DNA from: Patescibacteria group bacterium
GTDB taxonomy: Bacteria; Patescibacteriota; Microgenomatia; UBA1400; MFAQ01
Direction: 5' to 3'
DNA length: 64,000 nt
Assembly (NCBI GenBank): GCA_943355005.1
Contig: CALRDV010000002.1
Location: 397-64,396 of the forward strand
This document shows positions 17,957 through 27,414 of the stretch, in pieces. Made by a program: the position numbers and the translations under genes. Every line of letters begins with the position of its first letter. Position 1 is the first letter of the stretch. The notes below the pieces were generated by a model. The model ran no database searches, was not told the DNA's origin, and saw nothing but the letters and a program-made list of their open reading frames with translations.

Positions 17957-19537
17957 ATGATTACAAAAAGTAGATCCTCCTTCGGTAGAATTCCGGCATC
18001 TCAGTTACGAACCATCTTAATTATTGTCGCCCTCGCCGTAGTCCTACCTCTCATAATATTAGCCGCTAAATATTCTCAAGATCTTCGCTCCAAAGCTTCT
18101 TACTCTTGTGTGGGCAAAGTCGATGATGTTGTCTACGATTCTCCTTGTCAAATTTCAGAAGAAGTTGAGGTTGGTCAGGGAGGAGGTAACCAAACTGGTG
18201 CTGAAGCAGGCTCTGGCAACTACCGTGTCACCAAGACGGGTACCGACCAGCCAAGAGTCAGTCCCATCATTGTCACCACATCACAGACAAACAGGATTGA
18301 TAGAATTACCAAAGGATACAAAGTTGCCGATATTAAATGTAAGGGTGGTTATACAGAAAAAATTACGAGCACCACGTGTTTGACCACCACTGCTCTTAGT
18401 GCCAAAGCTGTAAAGATTTGTAATGACCACGCCGTCTGTGACGAACCTGCTCCTGAATCATGTGGCAAAGAAATCAAGAAATACACCATGGGAGCAACCT
18501 GTCCAAATGTTTCTGATAACGGCGAAACAAAATACAAAACCATGAGCTTCACTTGTCTTGATGGTTTTTTCATGGACAATTATTCCTTAGGATCCGGCTC
18601 TTGTTCCACCTCAGAAGCACTTCTAAACTCAGCTGTAAAAGTATGTAAAGGACATCTCTTACAAACCAAAACTTTTGGAGCAAAGTGCACTTTACCTAAT
18701 ACCAATAGCGCTAGAATTGAAGTTGCTGCCAAATCCATTTCTTACACTTGTACCGATGGTTACAAATCTACCTATACACCAAGCATGTGCACATCTCAGT
18801 CTGCATTACTTGCCAAAGCCAATAGCGACTGCGGCTCCAGACTTACTTGTCCCGATACGTCACCGTCCCCCACATCACTTACCCCTAGAGCTACCAGCAC
18901 ACCTATGCCTCCTGTCACTGCAACTCCTAGTACTACACCCACCCCCACCTCAATATCTTGCAATACAATCACTGCAACCAGATACACCATTTCCGGCCCT
19001 TGTCCCCAATACCAGGACGACAGAAGTAATCTAATTTTCTATCACTGCGGTAATGAGTCTCAATCTAGAAGCTTCGGTAGTCCAGGACTGTGTTACACCA
19101 GAAGAAGTCTTATCGACAATGCCACACTTGAGTGTCGACGAACCTGCAATGCTTCAAATCCAACACCGACACCCACTGCCACAGCTACTCCGACAGCAAC
19201 TTCTACCCCACGAGTAGTAACGCTCACACCAGTAACAAATCAGTTACCGGTCTTGAAGACTGTTACGTTGTTCCACGGAAATGTAGGCAAAGCATACACA
19301 GTTAACGTTACAGCCTATGATCCAGATTCTGAGAACATGACCGTGGAATTCTCTTCATTGCCATTCGGCATTTACAATACAGGCTGTAGAGACGCTTCTG
19401 AGCCAGGGGCGATGGCAAGAATTAGCTGCAATCTCTCGGGCACACCCACAACTGAAGGCACTACCCAAATCATTGTTACACTTAAAGATGGTGTAAACGT
19501 TGTAAAAAAATCTCTTTATCTCGTAGTTGATCGATAG
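17957..19537 (+). CDS. Cys-rich secreted/anchored surface protein with PT-rich linkers and C-terminal He_PIG-like domain (paralogous domain to 16394..16987).
   Basis: Signal anchor; about 30 Cys in repeated CxxxxC contexts; C-terminal YTVNVTAYDPDSENMTVEFSSLPFG... Confidence 0.6.
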   Translation: MITKSRSSFGRIPASQLRTILIIVALAVVLPLIILAAKYSQDLRSKASYSCVGKVDDVVYDSPCQISEEVEVGQGGGNQTGAEAGSGNYRVTKTGTDQPRVSPIIVTTSQTNRIDRITKGYKVADIKCKGGYTEKITSTTCLTTTALSAKAVKICNDHAVCDEPAPESCGKEIKKYTMGATCPNVSDNGETKYKTMSFTCLDGFFMDNYSLGSGSCSTSEALLNSAVKVCKGHLLQTKTFGAKCTLPNTNSARIEVAAKSISYTCTDGYKSTYTPSMCTSQSALLAKANSDCGSRLTCPDTSPSPTSLTPRATSTPMPPVTATPSTTPTPTSISCNTITATRYTISGPCPQYQDDRSNLIFYHCGNESQSRSFGSPGLCYTRRSLIDNATLECRRTCNASNPTPTPTATATPTATSTPRVVTLTPVTNQLPVLKTVTLFHGNVGKAYTVNVTAYDPDSENMTVEFSSLPFGIYNTGCRDASEPGAMARISCNLSGTPTTEGTTQIIVTLKDGVNVVKKSLYLVVDR

Positions 19538-19560
19538 AGATTATTCGATAGTAAATACAC

Positions 19561-19592
19561 AAAAAAACTCTCCCGCGGGAGAGTTTTTTGTG
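19561..19592. terminator. Bidirectional terminator (AAAAAAACTCTCCCGCGGGAGAGTTTTTTG).
   Basis: Perfect hairpin flanked by an A-run and a T-run, between convergent genes. Confidence 0.7.
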
Positions 19593-19638
19593 TATTCATG
19601 ATTGCCAAACTCTTAGGTGGGGGCAGAAATCACCAATA

Positions 19639-22092
19639 TCAGGCAACCACAAAGTTAATTGTTTTTCCTTTAATATAAATTATCTTTTTAATTTCTCCAG
19701 CCAATAAATATTTCTCCAATTTTTCAATCTTCTTAACTGTATCTACAACAGCTTCCTCAGAGGCATCATTCTCCACTTCTATTGTCTCTCTCATTTTTCC
19801 ATTTATTTGGACAGAAATAGTTATCACATCGGTCATCAAATATTTTTCCTCAAATTTCGGAAATTCTTGAGCATGGACACTAAACTCTCCACCCAATAAA
19901 TTCCAAAGTTCTTCTGTTACAAAAGGAGCAAACGGAGCCAGCACCTTTACGACTCTGCCCAAATCTTCACTGCTTACCTCCGCTCCACTACGAAGCAACG
20001 CGTTTGTTGTCTCCATTAGTTTCGCAATTACTGTGTTGAACTTAAATTGAGACAAATCTTCTCCAGCACCTTTTATTAATTTATGAATCAACCTGGAACT
20101 CTCCAAGTCGGTAACCACATACTTTCCGGCGTTCTCAGTCACAAGCCTAAATATTTTCTCGATAAATCTTCTAACGCCCACCAGTGATCTTTCATTCCAC
20201 GCCATAGTCGAATCAAATGGTCCCATAAACATCATGTAGGTCCTCAGGACGTCCGCTCCGTAGGTTTCGGCCACTACATCGGGTACGATTACATTCCCCT
20301 TACTTTTACTCATTCTGTTGCCATCTGGTCCCAGCAGTACCCCATGAGACAGTCTCTTTTTATATGGCTCAGGATAAATTTTTGGCACCACCCCCAAGTC
20401 CCACAAGAACTGATAGATAAATCTTGAATAAAGTAAATGCAAAGTGTTATGTTCATCTCCACCCACATAGACATCCACCGGCATCCAGTACTCCATTTTT
20501 TCTTGACTGGCTAACATTTCTCTATTTTTTGGGTCACAATATCGAAGAAAATACCAGTCACTTCCGGCCCAGTTTGGCATCGTGTCGGTTTCTCTTTTTG
20601 CTTTTCCACCACAATTCGGACAAGTCGTCTCGACCCATTCTTTTATATTGGCGAGTGGTGACTCTCCTGTGTCGGTCGGCTGGTACTTCTCGACCTCCGG
20701 CAAAACCACTGGCAAATCTTTTTCTGGAACTGGTATCCACGACCCTGTCATTCCGGGCTTGACCCGGAATCCATCCCCCTCCGGTACACAATTCTCACAC
20801 CAGATCATCGGAATGGGCTCCCCCCAATAATGCTGTCTAGAAAAAATCCAATCCCTTAAGTGGTATGTCACTGCTTTTTCTCCAAAGCCCTTTTCTTCTA
20901 TAAGACTGATTATCAAATCATCCGGCACAAATTCAGAATCTATCGGCAAATTATATTTATCGGCAAAAGCCTTATCCCTATCATCGTGTGCTGGCACCGC
21001 CATAATCGCTCCGGTTCCGTAACCCATGAGAACATAATCACTTATCCAAATTGGAATTTCTTTATTGTTAAGCGGATTTACGGCATAAATTCCCGTAAAG
21101 ACGCCTGTCTTCGCTCTGGTGTCATCAGTTCGCTCAATCTCACTCCTCCCCTTCACCTCATCAAGGTATCTTTTAATGTCATTCCTGGCTTGACCAGGAA
21201 TCCATCCAATTAATTCCGAATTCTCCATCAAATGCTTCACCATCGGATGCTCCGGAGCCAATACCAAGAAAGTTGCCCCCGGTAAAGTATCCGGTCTCGA
21301 AGTAAACACCTCAAGAATATCAGTTTCACTCTTCCTCCCTGTCATTCCGGGCTTGACCCGGAATCCATCTGGAGTTTTTATTTCAAATTTTATCTTTGCC
21401 CCCTCTTTCTTCCCTATCCAATTAACCTGTGCCGCCTTAACTTTTTCGATAAAATCAGTATCTTTCAAACCTTCGAGCAATCGATCTGCATAATCCGTGA
21501 TTTTCACTACCCATTGTGAGATAGTTCTCTTTTCCGTTTCAGATCCGCATCTTTCACATTTACCATCAATCACCTCTTCATTAGCCAAACCAATTTTATC
21601 TTTGGGGCACCAATTAATCGGCATCTCTTCTTTATGAGCCAATCCTTTTTCAAAAAGTTTTACAAATATCCATTGCGTCCATTTGTAGTAGTCCGGCATT
21701 GTTGAGTTCACTTCTCTATCCCAATCAAAAGAAAATCCCAGTTTCCTCATCTGCATCCGGAAATTGTCAGTCACTTCTTTGGTTATTTCTTTTGGATTTT
21801 TTCCGCTCTTTATCGCATAGTTCTCCGTTGGAAGCCCGAATGCGTCCCATCCCATGGGGAACATCACATTTTTTCCCATCATCCTTTGGTATCGGGCATA
21901 GACATCGGCTCCAGTCATAGCAAACCCATGTCCCACATGTAGCCCGCTTCCGGATGGATAAGGAAACTCGGTCAGCATATAGAATTTTTGTTTATCTGCT
22001 TCAAAGTCCAGACCTTTATAGCCGGCAAAACCGTCATACTTACCTATCCACTTCTTCTCAATTTCCTTAAAATCATAGCTTGCCATACGCAT
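19639..22092 (-). CDS. leuS: Leucyl-tRNA synthetase with three in-frame type-A repeat insertions. The likely start is MRMASYDF (ATG at 22092 or 22086); the track ORF start at 22110 is the SD translated.
   Basis: Class I HMGH/KMSKS motifs (…PSGSGLHVGHGF…, …KMSKSKGN…), conserved LeuRS N-terminus YDFKEIEKKW; inserts GFRVKPGMTGRKSE, WIPGQARNDIKR, GFRVKPGMTGSWIP. Confidence 0.9.
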   Translation of the reverse strand: MRMASYDFKEIEKKWIGKYDGFAGYKGLDFEADKQKFYMLTEFPYPSGSGLHVGHGFAMTGADVYARYQRMMGKNVMFPMGWDAFGLPTENYAIKSGKNPKEITKEVTDNFRMQMRKLGFSFDWDREVNSTMPDYYKWTQWIFVKLFEKGLAHKEEMPINWCPKDKIGLANEEVIDGKCERCGSETEKRTISQWVVKITDYADRLLEGLKDTDFIEKVKAAQVNWIGKKEGAKIKFEIKTPDGFRVKPGMTGRKSETDILEVFTSRPDTLPGATFLVLAPEHPMVKHLMENSELIGWIPGQARNDIKRYLDEVKGRSEIERTDDTRAKTGVFTGIYAVNPLNNKEIPIWISDYVLMGYGTGAIMAVPAHDDRDKAFADKYNLPIDSEFVPDDLIISLIEEKGFGEKAVTYHLRDWIFSRQHYWGEPIPMIWCENCVPEGDGFRVKPGMTGSWIPVPEKDLPVVLPEVEKYQPTDTGESPLANIKEWVETTCPNCGGKAKRETDTMPNWAGSDWYFLRYCDPKNREMLASQEKMEYWMPVDVYVGGDEHNTLHLLYSRFIYQFLWDLGVVPKIYPEPYKKRLSHGVLLGPDGNRMSKSKGNVIVPDVVAETYGADVLRTYMMFMGPFDSTMAWNERSLVGVRRFIEKIFRLVTENAGKYVVTDLESSRLIHKLIKGAGEDLSQFKFNTVIAKLMETTNALLRSGAEVSSEDLGRVVKVLAPFAPFVTEELWNLLGGEFSVHAQEFPKFEEKYLMTDVITISVQINGKMRETIEVENDASEEAVVDTVKKIEKLEKYLLAGEIKKIIYIKGKTINFVVA
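20747..20772. repeat. Type-A element inside leuS.
   Basis: GTCATTCCGGGCTTGACCCGGAATCC; translated as PGMTG... on the minus strand. Confidence 0.85.
21178..21203. repeat. Type-A element inside leuS.
   Basis: GTCATTCCTGGCTTGACCAGGAATCC; translated WIPGQARND. Confidence 0.85.
21341..21366. repeat. Type-A element inside leuS.
   Basis: GTCATTCCGGGCTTGACCCGGAATCC. Confidence 0.85.
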
Positions 22093-22113
22093 AATTTTAA
22101 CACCCTCCATATC

Positions 22114-22150
22114 GTCATTGCGAGGAGGTACTCCGACGTGGCAATCTACC
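22114..22150. repeat. Type-B variant in the leuS 5' region (GTCATTGCGAGGAGGTACTCCGACGTGGCAATCTACC).
   Basis: GTCATTGCGA...GTGGCAATC frame. Confidence 0.75.
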
Positions 22151-22175
22151 GGCTCAACACACTATAATTACCTCA

Positions 22176-22931
22176 ATGCAAACAGTCATAGATGGAATTC
22201 TTACGAACTATGAAGTTTTCAATCCAAAGGCCAAGAGCACCCTTGTTATCCTTCATGGCTGGGGTTCATCCCTTCAGTTTTGGGTTCCCATAGCGAAAGA
22301 TCTACATCCAAATTTCAAGATTGTCCTCCTCGACCTTCCCAGTTTTGGAGCTACTTCTCCTTTGCTGGGTGACCCCAATATTCCGGACTATACTAACTTT
22401 GTTCATAGTTTTATAAAAAAAATAGAAATAGTGAAGTGCACTTTGGCAGGACACTCCTTCGGTGGTCAAATTACTTTAGATTACGCACTCAAATTCCCTG
22501 ACACCCTAGAGTCTATAATTCTTATTTCTCCTGCTGTTGTGAGAGAGAGGTCTAAAGAAGCTAAATTAAAGATTCAATTAGCCAAAATTCTAAGACCAAT
22601 TTTTTCAATCTTGCCCAGACACAGTTTTGAAAAATTTTTAGGCTGGTACACTCCCAGAGATTACAGCGATTCCACAGAATACCAAAGAGGTGTATTAAAA
22701 AAAATCGTTATTTACGACCTAAAACCTCATTTGATACGAGTAACTGTTCCTACCGATATCATCTGGGGTAGTGAGGACTTCGTCATTCCTTACATGGGAA
22801 AATACCTCGCCGAAAATATTAAAAACAGCAAGCTTCACGTAATTTACGGCGCTAACCATCTTCTATATCTAAGTCATCCTAAAAAATTAATTGAAATACT
22901 TAACGGAATATTGGAAAGAATCTATGCTTAA
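22176..22931 (+). CDS. Alpha/beta-hydrolase fold protein. Apparently leaderless: TATAAT at 22163 sits 7 nt before the ATG.
   Basis: HGWGSS and GHSFGG nucleophile-elbow motifs. Confidence 0.7.
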   Translation: MQTVIDGILTNYEVFNPKAKSTLVILHGWGSSLQFWVPIAKDLHPNFKIVLLDLPSFGATSPLLGDPNIPDYTNFVHSFIKKIEIVKCTLAGHSFGGQITLDYALKFPDTLESIILISPAVVRERSKEAKLKIQLAKILRPIFSILPRHSFEKFLGWYTPRDYSDSTEYQRGVLKKIVIYDLKPHLIRVTVPTDIIWGSEDFVIPYMGKYLAENIKNSKLHVIYGANHLLYLSHPKKLIEILNGILERIYA

Positions 22932-24315
22932 TCCGATAAAGTCACACATAACTATCCTTCAGCAAGAGGGTTACTCCACCACCCGCTTTCTTAAATGGTG
23001 GATTCGTCATCCCTTTACCTACATGATCTCGACCAAGAAACCCTTAGTTTACACTCCAAAAGTCAAAAGATTGATAAATCTCTCCTATATTATCTTTGGT
23101 TCTTTGTTAATATTCTCCACTCTAAACAAAATATTATTTGTTACACCAATTTCATTACTTATATTTTTAGTCGAACCTTTTATTTTTATTTTTGTCGCAA
23201 TTATAGTCATCACACCGTTCGAGAAGATTCATCGTAGAAGAACTATCCGCAGAATCCGTAAGGAAATTCTTGCAAACCAAAATTTGAACGTTATTGGTAT
23301 CACCGGTTCTTTTGGTAAAACTTCAGTAAAGGATTTTCTATTCACGATTCTATACAGCTATCAAGAAACCCTAAAAACTCCTGAGAGCTACAACACTATT
23401 TTTGGTATTGCCAAGGTTGTGGACTTTGAATTACTAAAGAGAACCAAAATTTTTATCTGTGAAATGGGCGCTTATATTCGTGGTGAGATCGCCGAACTTT
23501 GTCGTATCGTTCCTCCTAAGTATGCCATCCTCACTGCCATCGGTACCCAGCATCTCGAACGGTTTAAATCTCTAAAGAACACCACTCTTGCCAAATTCGA
23601 ATTAATTGACTCCGTCGACCCTAGTCATGCCTTGGTCAATCTTGATAATTCGTTTATAGCCGACCGCCTTACGGACCCCAAATATCACAGCGTCAAAACT
23701 TACTCTCTTTTTAATCCCAAAGCAGATTTCTTTGTTGAGAAATACTCTCTTTCTCCTCAAGGTCTGAGTTTCACCCTGGTTCACAAAGATTTATCCTATT
23801 CCTATACCTCTACTCTCTTTGGCACCAGTAATCTTTACAATCTCGCGGCAGCCATTTCCATGGCCATGATGCTAAAAGTCCCGAAAGCAATTATTTCTAA
23901 TCAGGTTGCCAAAATCTCTTCTTCCCCTCACCGTCTGGAATTAAAAAAGATAAACAAAGCTACGTTAATCGACAATGCTTTTTCCAGCAATGAAGAAGGA
24001 TATGCTACTTTGATAAATGATCTCTCCAAACTCCCGGGCAAAAAAGTCCTTATTACACCGGGCATTGTCGAACTGGGTATCTGTACCGTCGAAGTTCACC
24101 AAAAGCTTGGTCAACTTTCCTCTTCGGTCTTCGATAAATTTATTCTGGTCGGCAAATCTCTCCGCACTCTCAGTTTTGAGCAAGGCCTTAACTCCTCACC
24201 AAATAAATCCGTCACCTACACCTCCAACTCCACCAATCTCTGGCCCCTCATAGAAGAATTATCCAACGACTACGACTGGATCCTCCTCGAAAACGACCTC
24301 CCCGACACCTTTTAA
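22924..24315 (+). CDS. Mur-ligase-family protein (MurF-like) with an N-terminal about 120-aa transmembrane region.
   Basis: P-loop VIGITGSFGKTS, Mur ligase middle and C-terminal regions; ATG overlaps the upstream stop (ATGCTTAA). Confidence 0.65.
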   Translation: MLNPIKSHITILQQEGYSTTRFLKWWIRHPFTYMISTKKPLVYTPKVKRLINLSYIIFGSLLIFSTLNKILFVTPISLLIFLVEPFIFIFVAIIVITPFEKIHRRRTIRRIRKEILANQNLNVIGITGSFGKTSVKDFLFTILYSYQETLKTPESYNTIFGIAKVVDFELLKRTKIFICEMGAYIRGEIAELCRIVPPKYAILTAIGTQHLERFKSLKNTTLAKFELIDSVDPSHALVNLDNSFIADRLTDPKYHSVKTYSLFNPKADFFVEKYSLSPQGLSFTLVHKDLSYSYTSTLFGTSNLYNLAAAISMAMMLKVPKAIISNQVAKISSSPHRLELKKINKATLIDNAFSSNEEGYATLINDLSKLPGKKVLITPGIVELGICTVEVHQKLGQLSSSVFDKFILVGKSLRTLSFEQGLNSSPNKSVTYTSNSTNLWPLIEELSNDYDWILLENDLPDTF

Positions 24316-25460
24316 ACCTTTCCACCTTTCAGTCCTTTATTTGCAAACCCCGACAAAATATTACTTTCAAAGGTACTAATCAGTTTCTTCTTGCTTTCTT
24401 TTTCCTCAATAGCTAGCTCCACCAGCTTTGTCACCAAGTCTTTAAACTTCACCCCACTCGCTTCCCAAAGAAAAAAGGCTAGCGATCCTGGCATGGTATT
24501 TATTTCATTAAAGTAGATCTTCCCTGTTTTAGAAACCATAAAGTCCACACGGGCAATTCCCTTTCCTCCAATAGTCCGGAAAAAATCTTCAGCCTGTTTC
24601 TGAATTTTATTTATCACGTTTTTACTTTGTTTCGCGGGGATTAATCTTTGAGCTCCTGCCATCCCCTGTTGTTTTTTTTGACCTTCATATTTATCGGAGA
24701 AAGAAAGTACTTCCCCACTCGCCACCGGCTGTTCTGTGACGGAAATTGTATAAGGACCATTCCCCATGATAGAAATATTTACCTCGGCAAAATCTTTCAA
24801 ACCCTCTTCAATCATCACCCGGTTGTCATAGCAAAAAGCCACTTCGAGAGCGTCCTCCAAATCTTTTTCTTTATTTACTCTAGCTAGTCCAATACTGGAT
24901 CCAAGACCAACAGGCTTGATCATCACTGGATATTTAATTTTCTTTTTATCTTCCTTAGTTATTTTTTTGTCTTTTGTCACTAGTACATCGCCGAGTACCT
25001 CAATCCCAATCGACTTCGCTATTTTCTTGGCCAAGTATTTATCAATCTTCACCCCACTTGCGGTCACCCCGCACCCAACATAAGGAATACCATTCATCTC
25101 AAGAAGCCCTTGTAAAGTTCCATCCTCACCCCCATGTCCATGAATCACCGGGAATATTACTTCAGGCTGATTACCGGCGTCTCGATACCCGAACAATCCT
25201 TTGACCATCAGTCTTCCACCCCGTTCAGGAGACAGAAAAGCTTCTTTTCCTATTAGCGTTAGTTTCTTCAAATTCTTATAGCTCTCAGGTCTCATAAATT
25301 TTGCATTCCCCAGAAACCACTTCCCTGTTTTCGCAATGTAAAGTGGCATTACTTCATAGCCGGCTTCCTTCAGGGCATTCATCACCTGCAGTGCGGTGAC
25401 TACCGCCACATCATGCTCCGGACTTACTCCTCCATAGATTACTCCAATTTTTGTCATCAT
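24312..25460 (-). CDS. ddl: D-alanine--D-alanine ligase.
   Basis: MMTKIGVIYGGVSPEHDV…, ATP-grasp core, …HGGEDGTLQGLLE…. Confidence 0.85.
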   Translation of the reverse strand: MMTKIGVIYGGVSPEHDVAVVTALQVMNALKEAGYEVMPLYIAKTGKWFLGNAKFMRPESYKNLKKLTLIGKEAFLSPERGGRLMVKGLFGYRDAGNQPEVIFPVIHGHGGEDGTLQGLLEMNGIPYVGCGVTASGVKIDKYLAKKIAKSIGIEVLGDVLVTKDKKITKEDKKKIKYPVMIKPVGLGSSIGLARVNKEKDLEDALEVAFCYDNRVMIEEGLKDFAEVNISIMGNGPYTISVTEQPVASGEVLSFSDKYEGQKKQQGMAGAQRLIPAKQSKNVINKIQKQAEDFFRTIGGKGIARVDFMVSKTGKIYFNEINTMPGSLAFFLWEASGVKFKDLVTKLVELAIEEKESKKKLISTFESNILSGFANKGLKGGKV

Positions 25461-25466
25461 ATTATT

Positions 25467-26087
25467 TTATTCTATTAACATTCCTCTGCCGGCGAAAAAC
25501 CTTTTAAAGTCTTTTTCGGAGATCTCGAAGTTCTCCTGAGACTTTTTGTAGAAACCAGAAGGGTTATGTAAAAACAAAGACTTCTTTTCATCATCAAACC
25601 CGGTTATCAGCACGAGGTGTCCACCCTTCTTTTCTGTCAGTTCCTCTTTTTCCCGAATCGAGTGATGCACCGAAACAATAAAATAATTTCCTTTTTGTAC
25701 TTCTTTTTTGATTTTTCCGATTGTCAAAAAACGCCTCATCACCCTTGCTTTAATTCCAAAGTCTTTATCCAAAAATTTAACAAACGGGTCATAAAATAGC
25801 CCGTCAACTTTACTTCCATTTGGTTTGTATCCACCATATTTCTCACAATCTTTTGCCAGTGCTATTGTTTTATATTCCTTTTCAAATTTATCAGCAAGAA
25901 TCATTTTCAAACATGCCATACCACAGATATTCCAGCTCCACAATTCATACTCTTTCAAATTTTTCGCCCCAGACTGTTTCCATTTAGGGTCTTTCTTGGC
26001 CGATATTTTTCCTACAACGATATCCTTGACTAATTCCTGACTTTCCCATTGTGAATAATATGGAATTATTCTTAAAATCTTAGTCAT
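25467..26087 (-). CDS. Papain-like C39-type peptidase domain protein (PYYSQ…CGMACLKM motif).
   Basis: Peptidase_C39_2-like N-terminal motif; 206 aa. Confidence 0.5.
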   Translation of the reverse strand: MTKILRIIPYYSQWESQELVKDIVVGKISAKKDPKWKQSGAKNLKEYELWSWNICGMACLKMILADKFEKEYKTIALAKDCEKYGGYKPNGSKVDGLFYDPFVKFLDKDFGIKARVMRRFLTIGKIKKEVQKGNYFIVSVHHSIREKEELTEKKGGHLVLITGFDDEKKSLFLHNPSGFYKKSQENFEISEKDFKRFFAGRGMLIE

Positions 26088-27396
26088 CTACTCTTTCAAT
26101 AATTGCCCCAAGACTGGTATAAGTTTCAAAGACGTTTGGATATCTTCTTCGAAGAATATCCACTCCATGAATCTCGGTTGTCACAGGATCAGCGAGTGCC
26201 GCAATAAAGATTGCTTTACAAGCTTGAATTACACCAGGAGAAACTACCACACCGCCTCTAAACTTCACCGGACCAGTCACAATCACTCTTTCTGGATCTG
26301 AAACAAAGATATCGGCTCCCATGGCATTTAGTTCCCTCACAAACTCCAATCCAGATTCATACATCCAGTTTTTAAGCAATAGCCTCCCTTTTGTTTTACT
26401 GGCCAATACTGCCATTACAGGGATCGCGTCCACCGGGAAACCTGGCCAAGGTCTAGGATAAAGTTTTGGTAGTCCGGGAGCAGCCAAAGGCACCCCTGAA
26501 TTCACCGTATCAATTTCTAGTTCCCCGTTTCTACTAACAATTAAATCCAATCCATCTCGTTCCACTTTTACATTAAATATTTCAAACCAGTTAATCATGC
26601 CGTTTACAATTTCCGGCACATTGGCTCCCCGGATTCGAATTTTTCCATCAGTCACCGCCGCCGCTACCATGAGTCCGGCAATATCCACAAAGTCCGGACC
26701 AGGTTCATAAATCGCACCTTTTAGTTTTTTATTTCCATGAATGGTTACTTTATTCGAGCTTATTCCCTCTATTTCTGCTCCCATATTTTTTAGCATCCTC
26801 AAGAGTTCATTTACATGCGGTTCGCAAGCTGCATCGGTAATTACAAACTCAGCACCTGTCCCGGCTGCATACATCATTAAGTTTTCAGAGGCGGTAACAC
26901 TAGCTTCCAGTTGCCATATATCAAATGATTTTGCCGATTTTTTAGGAGCCGTAAATTTCACAAAGCCATCGGTATATTTAAACTCAACTCCGGCTTTATT
27001 AAAAGAATCTAGGTGAGCAGAAATAGACCTCATCCCCAAATCACATCCTCCTGGCACAGGAATTTCTGCAACCCCAAATCGAGCAAGTAGTGGTCCGGCA
27101 AACATAAGAGAAGCTCGGAACTGTCCACCAAGTACTTGATCTACCTTGTGAGAATTTACTTTCGCACAAGTTATTTTTATCTCCCCCGTCACGCTCTGAT
27201 CTATCTCCGCACCAAGCAATCTTAATATCTGAAGAATCTTTGTCACATCACTTGTGCCGGGGACATTTTTATAAGTCACCGTTTCATTGGTAAGAATTGA
27301 AGCAGGCAGTACTGCCACCAGTGAGTTCTTATTTGGAATTGGTGTTACGGTTCCTTCGAGCTTTCTCCCTCCGGTTATTTTAAGTACTCCATTCAT
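26080..27396 (-). CDS. murA: UDP-N-acetylglucosamine 1-carboxyvinyltransferase.
   Basis: About 438 aa with a MurA-like N-terminus (ITGGRKLEGTV...SKNSLV); EPSP-synthase-like fold. Confidence 0.85.
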   Translation of the reverse strand: MNGVLKITGGRKLEGTVTPIPNKNSLVAVLPASILTNETVTYKNVPGTSDVTKILQILRLLGAEIDQSVTGEIKITCAKVNSHKVDQVLGGQFRASLMFAGPLLARFGVAEIPVPGGCDLGMRSISAHLDSFNKAGVEFKYTDGFVKFTAPKKSAKSFDIWQLEASVTASENLMMYAAGTGAEFVITDAACEPHVNELLRMLKNMGAEIEGISSNKVTIHGNKKLKGAIYEPGPDFVDIAGLMVAAAVTDGKIRIRGANVPEIVNGMINWFEIFNVKVERDGLDLIVSRNGELEIDTVNSGVPLAAPGLPKLYPRPWPGFPVDAIPVMAVLASKTKGRLLLKNWMYESGLEFVRELNAMGADIFVSDPERVIVTGPVKFRGGVVVSPGVIQACKAIFIAALADPVTTEIHGVDILRRRYPNVFETYTSLGAIIERVDD

Positions 27397-27414
27397 AAAA
27401 TTTAATTAATCAAA

